Source: Nitrosospira multiformis ATCC 25196
Lineage (GTDB): Bacteria > Pseudomonadota > Gammaproteobacteria > Burkholderiales > Nitrosomonadaceae
Direction of reading: 5' to 3'
DNA: 32,000 bases
Assembly: GCF_000196355.1 (NCBI RefSeq)
Contig: NC_007614.1
Coordinates: forward strand, 750,001-782,000
Part shown: in pieces, positions 26,976 to 32,000 of the stretch
Numbering within the stretch: position 1 is the stretch's first letter
How the letters are laid out: every line of letters starts with the position of its first letter
Translations under genes and position numbers: made by a program
The notes under the pieces: generated by a model
The model's database searches: none
What the model was told of the DNA's origin: nothing
Seen by the model: the letters and a program-made list of their open reading frames with translations, nothing else

Positions 26976-27755
26976 ATGCTTCCACCGCAGAGTCCCAAGC
27001 AGAACAAGATTCTCGCAGCCCTGCCTCTCGGGAGCTACACTCGCTTGCTGCCTCTTCTCGAGCATGTGCCCATGCCAGCCGGTCAAGTCATCTATGACCC
27101 TGGTCTTCCTTTCAAATATGTGTATTTCCCGACAAATTCTGTAGTTGCACGTCTTTATGAGACGGCAAGCGGAGCGTGTACCCAGACCGGACTCATCGGA
27201 AACGAGGGGTTGGTCGGTGTTTCGGCGCTGCTGGGTGGCGAAAACTATTCTGCACGCGTTCTGGTGATGAGCACCGGTAAGGGTTATCGCATTAAAACCA
27301 GCTTCATAAGAGACGAGTTTGAGTTGGGCGACGAACTGAAGCAATGCGTCCTGCGCTTTGCCCATGCTCTGATGGTCCAAACCGAACAGGTAGCTGTTTC
27401 CAATCGTTACCATACCGTTGATCAGCAGTTGAGCTATCTTTTATTGATGAGCATGGACCGTTTGCCGGGAAATGAGCTTCATATAACCCATGAGCAAGCG
27501 GGAATCATGCTGGGCGTACGTCGCGAAAGTGTAACGGTTGCGGCACACAAGCTTCAGGCAGCCGGGGCGATTCGCTGCCGCCGGGGACACCTTGCAGTTG
27601 CAGACCGCCAGCAACTGGAGGCAAGCGCGGGCGAGCAGTATGAAGTCGTTAAAAAAGAATACGAGGGCCTGGCAGCGTTTTATGCTTCGCATGCCGTTCA
27701 TTCTTCCGAGTTGCCTCCTGCAAGATTCAAGCGGTTTTTTCAGTCAGCCGAGTAA
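26976..27755 (+). CDS. Crp/Fnr-family transcriptional regulator (cNMP-binding-like domain plus C-terminal HTH), without the FNR N-terminal Cys cluster
   Basis: NKILAALPLGSYTRLLPLLEHVPMPAGQVIYDPGLPFKYVYFPTNSVV...LIGNEGLVG is the effector domain. VDQQLSYLLLMSMDRLPGNELHITHEQAGIMLGVRRESVTVAAHKLQAAGAIRCRRGHLAVADRQQLE is a Crp-type HTH. An ATG at 26976 is preferred over the track's TTG at 26964. Confidence 0.88.
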   Translation: MLPPQSPKQNKILAALPLGSYTRLLPLLEHVPMPAGQVIYDPGLPFKYVYFPTNSVVARLYETASGACTQTGLIGNEGLVGVSALLGGENYSARVLVMSTGKGYRIKTSFIRDEFELGDELKQCVLRFAHALMVQTEQVAVSNRYHTVDQQLSYLLLMSMDRLPGNELHITHEQAGIMLGVRRESVTVAAHKLQAAGAIRCRRGHLAVADRQQLEASAGEQYEVVKKEYEGLAAFYASHAVHSSELPPARFKRFFQSAE

Positions 27756-27818
27756 GCCAGACATTCTCCAGGGTCTCTTGCCAGAAGTACTGGGGTATTG
27801 CCCTCGATCCTGGTCTGC

Positions 27819-27841
27819 CCGCACGCTCATGTGTGCGGTTT
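27819..27841 (+). terminator. Weak terminator-like hairpin downstream of the Crp-family gene
   Basis: CCGCAC-gctcatgt-GTGCGG (6-bp stem) followed by TTT. The T-run is short and the loop is large, hence the low confidence. Confidence 0.3.
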
Positions 27842-27960
27842 CGAACAGAGTTGTTTTCCTTGACATGACAGTATTTCAACTGTTTAGCTGAATATGGGAA
27901 ATCCGGCCAAGAAAACGCGGGAATAAGCGTGTGCTCCCCGCAGTCAAGAAAGGAGGATCA

Positions 27961-29508
27961 ATGATGAAAAATATACATATCCTTATCCTGAGTACAGGAT
28001 TCCTCAGCTTGAGTGCGGGAATGAATGTTGTCTTGGGTCAGGACGATCACGCGAAGAATTCCGCAAATCGTGCCCCGCATGATGCGGTTGAAGATGCCCA
28101 GACCCCTCGCCGCGTCTCTGCCACCCGTCCGGAGCAGAAAAAAGACGAACACGATCGTTCCAATATATTTGATGCAAAGAATGCAATGCCTTCCTCGCAA
28201 GCTTTTGGGAATCAGCCTGACAACGGAAAGGTTATGGGATTTGATTTTTCCCGGGATGCGTTCAACGCCAAGAAGCCGATGCAAACCTTTGAGGAAATCA
28301 TGAAAGCGGATATGGCTGAGCGACCAAAGGTAATGCAAACGCAGCGTGAATTGCTGCAGCGGCGGTATGATTTGAAGCCTCGGCTGGATAAGGAGGCAAA
28401 AATGTCGCGCGGCAAGCCGTTGGCGGTGGGGCCCACGGCACGCTTATCGTCCGGCATGACGTGGCAAAGACTCGCCGGAATCGCGCCTGAAGAGATAAAG
28501 AGCAAAAACGCATTTCCGTATCCAGCCCTTCCGCATCCCAAGCAATCCACGGGAGGGCAGGTGTTTCCCCAAATGCAGATCGATATGTTTCCTCGGCTGC
28601 AAAGGTTTGATGTCGATTTCGATTTGCCCGAGGCATTCTTGCCGGAGTTTCCACCAGCGATATTTCTCCAGAATCGACCTGAGTTAGGGGATGTGTCGCG
28701 TGGAGAGGTGGTTTCCATCAATAATTTTCACAGGTTATTCAAGGACATCCTGACCCCCGTACAGCTCAACGGGTTGCAGATGTTACTCACGCCACTGCCT
28801 CAGGAAGAATTTAATCCGACGGATGATCGTAAAAGTAACGAACCGAGTCTTGGAGTAGCTTGCCTCGATTGCCATGTCAACGGCCACACGACAGGGCAAT
28901 TTCATCTGAGTCCCGATATCCGCCCGGAAGAACGCCGATTCCGTCTCGACACGGTAAGCCTGCGCGGTATGTATAACCAGCAGATACACGGTTCGAAACG
29001 TAGCTTGCGTTCAGTGGAAGACTTCACGGAGTTCGAGTTCCGGACTGCTTATTTCAATGGCGATCCGATCCGGGCAATGAAAAAAGGCTTTCCCGTATTT
29101 GACCGGATTCATGTAAGTCATATGGCACAGCTTCAGAACATGTTCGATTTCCCGCCTGCGCCAAAACTCAAGAGTGACGGGAGACTTGATCCGGCCAAAG
29201 CCACGGAAAAGGAAAGGCGCGGGGAGAAACTCTTCTTCGGAAAGGGGCAGTGCGCAAGCTGCCACCAGCCTCCCGCATTCCTGGATCACCAAATGCATGA
29301 TCTGAAGCTCGAACGCTTCCTGAATGAACCGGGGGATGGGCCGATAAAGACTTTCACACTGCGGGGGATCAAGGACAGTCCGCCATACCTGCATGATGGC
29401 CGTTTGCTGACCCTTGAAGATACAGTCGAGTTTTTCAATCTGGTACTGGAGCTCAAGCTCACAGACGAGGAGAAGTCCGATCTGGTCGCGTATATGCGTC
29501 AACTGTAA
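27961..29508 (+). CDS. Periplasmic di-haem cytochrome c peroxidase/MauG-superfamily-like protein with a long unassigned N-terminal region
   Basis: The ATG at 27961 is preceded by AGGAGG (27951-27956). There is a signal peptide (MMKNIHILILSTGFLSLSAGMNVVLG). Exactly two CxxCH motifs occur: CLDCH (nt 28861-28875, residue 301) and CASCH (nt 29251-29265, residue 431). The C-terminal stretch TLRGIKDSPPYLHDGRLLTLEDTVEFFN resembles the conserved CCP/MauG C-terminal motif. Confidence 0.85.
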   Translation: MMKNIHILILSTGFLSLSAGMNVVLGQDDHAKNSANRAPHDAVEDAQTPRRVSATRPEQKKDEHDRSNIFDAKNAMPSSQAFGNQPDNGKVMGFDFSRDAFNAKKPMQTFEEIMKADMAERPKVMQTQRELLQRRYDLKPRLDKEAKMSRGKPLAVGPTARLSSGMTWQRLAGIAPEEIKSKNAFPYPALPHPKQSTGGQVFPQMQIDMFPRLQRFDVDFDLPEAFLPEFPPAIFLQNRPELGDVSRGEVVSINNFHRLFKDILTPVQLNGLQMLLTPLPQEEFNPTDDRKSNEPSLGVACLDCHVNGHTTGQFHLSPDIRPEERRFRLDTVSLRGMYNQQIHGSKRSLRSVEDFTEFEFRTAYFNGDPIRAMKKGFPVFDRIHVSHMAQLQNMFDFPPAPKLKSDGRLDPAKATEKERRGEKLFFGKGQCASCHQPPAFLDHQMHDLKLERFLNEPGDGPIKTFTLRGIKDSPPYLHDGRLLTLEDTVEFFNLVLELKLTDEEKSDLVAYMRQL

Positions 29509-29608
29509 TTGATGCCCGCAAGGGAGCATATCTTTCGAATTTCGCACTTTTGTAACGTCATCAGTATATATAGAGATGATGTAAATGCAGTTTTAGGGGA
29601 GATCACTC

Positions 29609-30658
29609 ATGAGCATTACCGCCACGCCTGTAATGAACCGGAAAGATGTACTTTCGTTGACTGCTGGACCCGCTGTTCGCAAATCCCCGCGAGCGGTCCG
29701 CAAGGCTGTGTTTCCCGTAGCCGGACTTGGCACCCGTTTCCTGCCCGCGACCAAGGCAGTGGCCAAAGAAATGCTGCCCATTGTGGACAAGCCGTTGATC
29801 CAGTATGCGGTGGAAGAAGCGGCTGCGGCAGGTATCGAAGAAATCATTTTCATTACCCATCGGAGCAAGCGCGCCATTGAAGACCATCTGCACCGGGCTG
29901 TGGAACTGGAAAGTGAATTAGCCTCGCAGGGAAAACACGCTTCCCTGAAAATGCTGCGCCAGTTGACGCCGGGTGGCCTTCATTTCAGCTTTGTCCGGCA
30001 GGAGGAGCCGCGGGGTTTGGGGCATGCAATTTACTGCGCGCGACATCTCGTGGGCAACGAACCGTTCGCCGTACTGCTTCCGGACGATTTGATCGATGGA
30101 GATCCTCCTGTGCTGGCACAGATGGTGTCCCAGTATGAACAAGTCCAAAGCAGCCTCATAGCGGTGCGCGAGGTTACGCGCGAACAGACGCGGCGGTATG
30201 GAATTGTGGATGCTTTTGATGCAGAGGCAGAGAGCGATACGCTGAAAATCAGGGGGGTAGTGGAAAAACCTTCTCCTGACGCTGCGCCATCCACGATGGC
30301 TATCGTAGGTCGTTACGTTCTGTCACCCGCCATTTTTGACTGCATCAGCAATCTCAACCCGGGAACAGGAGGGGAAATTCAGCTTACCGACGGAATCTCC
30401 CGTCTTCTCAAGCTGGAATCTGTCCTGGCCTACCGTTACCAGGGGAAGCATTATGATTGCGGCAGCAAGGCGGGCTTCCTGGAGGCAACCATCGCCTATG
30501 GTTTGCAGCACCCGGAAGTGGCGATGGAGTTCAGGGAAACCTTATTAAAGATAGGACAGGAACTTATTCGCCAGGAGCTCATTCAGGAGTTTCAACAGGA
30601 TCCGGAACCTGTCGCCGCTGTTGCAAACGAGCCCATATTGAAGGCGGCTCAGGCATGA
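29609..30658 (+). CDS. galU: UTP--glucose-1-phosphate uridylyltransferase
   Basis: VRKAVFPVAGLGTRFLPATKAVAKEMLPIVDKPLIQYAVEEAAAAGIEEIIFIT, PRGLGHAI, LLPDDL, VEKP, VGRYVL and EIQLTD are GalU signatures. GGGGAG lies 7 nt upstream of the ATG at 29609. At 349 aa it is longer than the typical GalU at both ends. Confidence 0.93.
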   Translation: MSITATPVMNRKDVLSLTAGPAVRKSPRAVRKAVFPVAGLGTRFLPATKAVAKEMLPIVDKPLIQYAVEEAAAAGIEEIIFITHRSKRAIEDHLHRAVELESELASQGKHASLKMLRQLTPGGLHFSFVRQEEPRGLGHAIYCARHLVGNEPFAVLLPDDLIDGDPPVLAQMVSQYEQVQSSLIAVREVTREQTRRYGIVDAFDAEAESDTLKIRGVVEKPSPDAAPSTMAIVGRYVLSPAIFDCISNLNPGTGGEIQLTDGISRLLKLESVLAYRYQGKHYDCGSKAGFLEATIAYGLQHPEVAMEFRETLLKIGQELIRQELIQEFQQDPEPVAAVANEPILKAAQA

Positions 30659-30754
30659 TCGATTGCCTGAGAAAGTGCCAATTCTTCAAAGACTAACCTG
30701 CCTGCCTTGCTCGCTCGACTCCATTTCGGGTCGTGCGCGCCATCTTGGAGATCA

Positions 30755-30780
30755 GGGAGGCTCATCACCTCCCGTATCTT
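30755..30780 (+). terminator. Hairpin in the convergent galU/psd spacer (possible galU terminator)
   Basis: GGGAGG-ctcatca-CCTCCC (perfect 6-bp GC-rich stem, 30755-30773) followed by gtatcttctt, a T-rich but interrupted tail. Confidence 0.35.
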
Positions 30781-30869
30781 CTTAAAGCACTTCTTTCAGT
30801 TCCGCCTGCAGCCCTTCGTCTTTGCCAGCAAGAGGGAAATGAAGGGAAATGAGGAATGCTCTTTTCTTT

Positions 30870-31739
30870 TTATTTGGCCGGATCAGCTTTGGTCGCCATC
30901 GTTTCCCCGAACCGTATGGTTCGGCCGGGGGCCCAGGCGGGATTAAACGCTATTTCGTTTTTCGGGAATAACATTACCACTGTTGATCCCAATTGGAATC
31001 TGCCCATCTCATCCCCTTTTTTGAGCACCAGATCCGCAGAGTCATATCGCCACTCCTGTACATCGCGCGCCCCTTCTGAATCCCGCGGGTTGACCACTCC
31101 ATGCCATACGGTGGCTACACTCCCGACAATAGTGGCGCCTACCAGCACTAAAGCAAATGGCCCGAATTCCGATTCAAATATGCAAATCACCCTCTCGTTG
31201 CGTGCAAACAACCCCGGGACGCCGCGGACCGTTTTCGCGTTCACGGAGAACAGATCTCCCGGAACATAGATCATTCGGCTCACGCGTGCATCTACGGGCA
31301 TGTGGACCCGGTGATAATCCCTCGGGCTCAGATACAGGGTGGCAAAGTTGCCCCCATAGAATTTTTCCGCCAGCCGGGTATCCCCTCCCAGCAGCGCGGC
31401 GGCGGAATAATTGTGTCCCTTGGCCTGAAATATCTGGTCGCCGGAAATGACGCCGAGCTGGCTTATGACGCCGTCGGCTGGACAAACATAATCGGCATCA
31501 GATATCGGACGGTTTTCCAGAAGCAGCGGACGGGTAAAAAACTCGTTGAAGGTTCGATAGCTGCGAATATCCGGGTTAATCGCTTCATTCATATTCACCC
31601 CGTAGCGCCAGACAAACCAACGGATAAGAAGCGTGGTGAGATTGCCGGCCTCAGCATTGGCAATACGTCCGGCCAGCAGTGTCAGCGCATGTTTAGGCAA
31701 TAAGTACTGAGGAAATACAGAAAGAGAAGCTGTCTGCAT
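30870..31739 (-). CDS. psd: Phosphatidylserine decarboxylase proenzyme
   Basis: [39 protein letters not shown] and the self-cleavage motif FQLGSTVV (LGST) are present. Length is 289 aa. Confidence 0.95.
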   Translation of the reverse strand: MQTASLSVFPQYLLPKHALTLLAGRIANAEAGNLTTLLIRWFVWRYGVNMNEAINPDIRSYRTFNEFFTRPLLLENRPISDADYVCPADGVISQLGVISGDQIFQAKGHNYSAAALLGGDTRLAEKFYGGNFATLYLSPRDYHRVHMPVDARVSRMIYVPGDLFSVNAKTVRGVPGLFARNERVICIFESEFGPFALVLVGATIVGSVATVWHGVVNPRDSEGARDVQEWRYDSADLVLKKGDEMGRFQLGSTVVMLFPKNEIAFNPAWAPGRTIRFGETMATKADPAK

Positions 31740-31868
31740 GGCAATTTTTGAGATAGAAATAGAGGCTATTATAGTGTATTAAGCGATCAATCTTCGTGAC
31801 CCGGGTTTACTCCAACTCGCGTCAACCAGATGTCATAATATCCATTCCCCCTGGGCGCGAACCTCCTA

Positions 31869-32000
31869 TTATAGCCTGTGTCCCAGGCCGCCGCTTACAA
31901 GTTGAAGTCTGGTTTGTTCTTCCTGTTGCTGCAGTTCCCACATATAAGTATAGGCTCCATTCATCGCCAGGAGTTCCCGGTGAGTACCGCGCTCAACGAT
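31869..32000 (-). CDS. C-terminal 43 codons of an ABC exporter ATP-binding (fused permease/ATPase-type) protein; the 5' part lies outside the window
   Basis: Manual reverse translation from 32000 gives IVERGTHRELLAMNGAYTYMWELQQQEEQTRLQLVSGGLGHRL followed by a stop (TAA, complement of 31869-31871). The '...IVE(R/Q)GTHxELLAxxGxYxxMW' ending is typical of MsbA/ATM1-type ABC exporters. Not in the track because it has no in-window start. Confidence 0.65.
   Translation of the reverse strand: MVERGTHRELLAMNGAYTYMWELQQQEEQTRLQLVSGGLGHRL

Noticed and set aside
26673-27413. 246-aa minus-strand ORF overlapping the Crp-family gene and its upstream spacer
   Set aside because: The plus-strand frame has clear Crp/Fnr effector and HTH motifs, while the minus frame has none and runs through AT-rich spacer. 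Judged spurious.
27833-27846. GGTTTCGAAC, superficially T-loop-like, raising the possibility of a tRNA
   Set aside because: It is not the GTTCGAATC-type T-arm, and no acceptor, D or anticodon stems can be built around it. It forms the 3' arm and tail of the weak hairpin after the Crp-family gene.
2892-27960. N-terminally extended versions of genes in the ORF track: rpsB from 2892, frr from 5288, rseP from 9209, skp from 12990, slyD from 14865, iscR from 23123, the di-haem protein from 27931
   Set aside because: In each case the conserved protein begins at a downstream start codon, usually with a good SD, and the upstream extension is non-homologous read-through of the open frame.
1-32000. 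Search for CRISPR arrays, IS elements/transposases, integrases, phage genes, toxin-antitoxin pairs, defence-system hallmarks (nucleases, helicases, reverse transcriptases, STAND ATPases), rRNA and tRNA
   Set aside because: None found by reading all six frames of the track and all spacers over ~60 nt. The window is dominated by housekeeping genes in conserved order, so I do not claim a novel defence or mobile system here.

Overview
This window looks like ordinary chromosomal core from a moderately GC-rich proteobacterium. Gene content and order are beta-/gamma-proteobacterial; the exact taxon cannot be established from the sequence alone. About 30 protein genes are confidently recognisable. 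On the minus strand the window opens with aroK (its 3' end leaves the window), a small secreted EF-hand protein, and a yqjD/yqjE/yqjK-type stress-membrane operon followed by a 26-codon hydrophobic micro-ORF. The classic plus-strand block follows: rpsB-tsf-pyrH-frr-uppS-cdsA-dxr-rseP-bamA-skp-fabZ-rnhB, notably without lpxD/lpxA/lpxB. Next come a SlyD-like PPIase with a His-rich tail (plus strand), then on the minus strand suhB, a ~900-aa GH63-clan-like glycoside hydrolase and mutS, in that transcriptional order. Further right are trmJ, iscR with recognisable IscR operator sites, an orphan NifS/IscS-like cysteine desulfurase, mlaA, and a small polytopic membrane protein. The window ends with a Crp/Fnr-family regulator beside an unusually long di-haem peroxidase-like periplasmic protein, then galU, psd (minus strand) and the 3' end of an ABC exporter ATPase gene (minus strand). 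I found no rRNA, tRNA, CRISPR array, transposase, integrase or phage-like gene. I see no convincing novel multi-gene system. The most second-look-worthy items are the Crp-family regulator/atypical di-haem protein locus, the iscR locus (operators, long leader, no Fe-S scaffold genes), the long promoter-bearing rpsB leader, the missing lpx genes, and the hydrolase abutting mutS. All functional calls come from reading translated motifs by eye; no database search was run.
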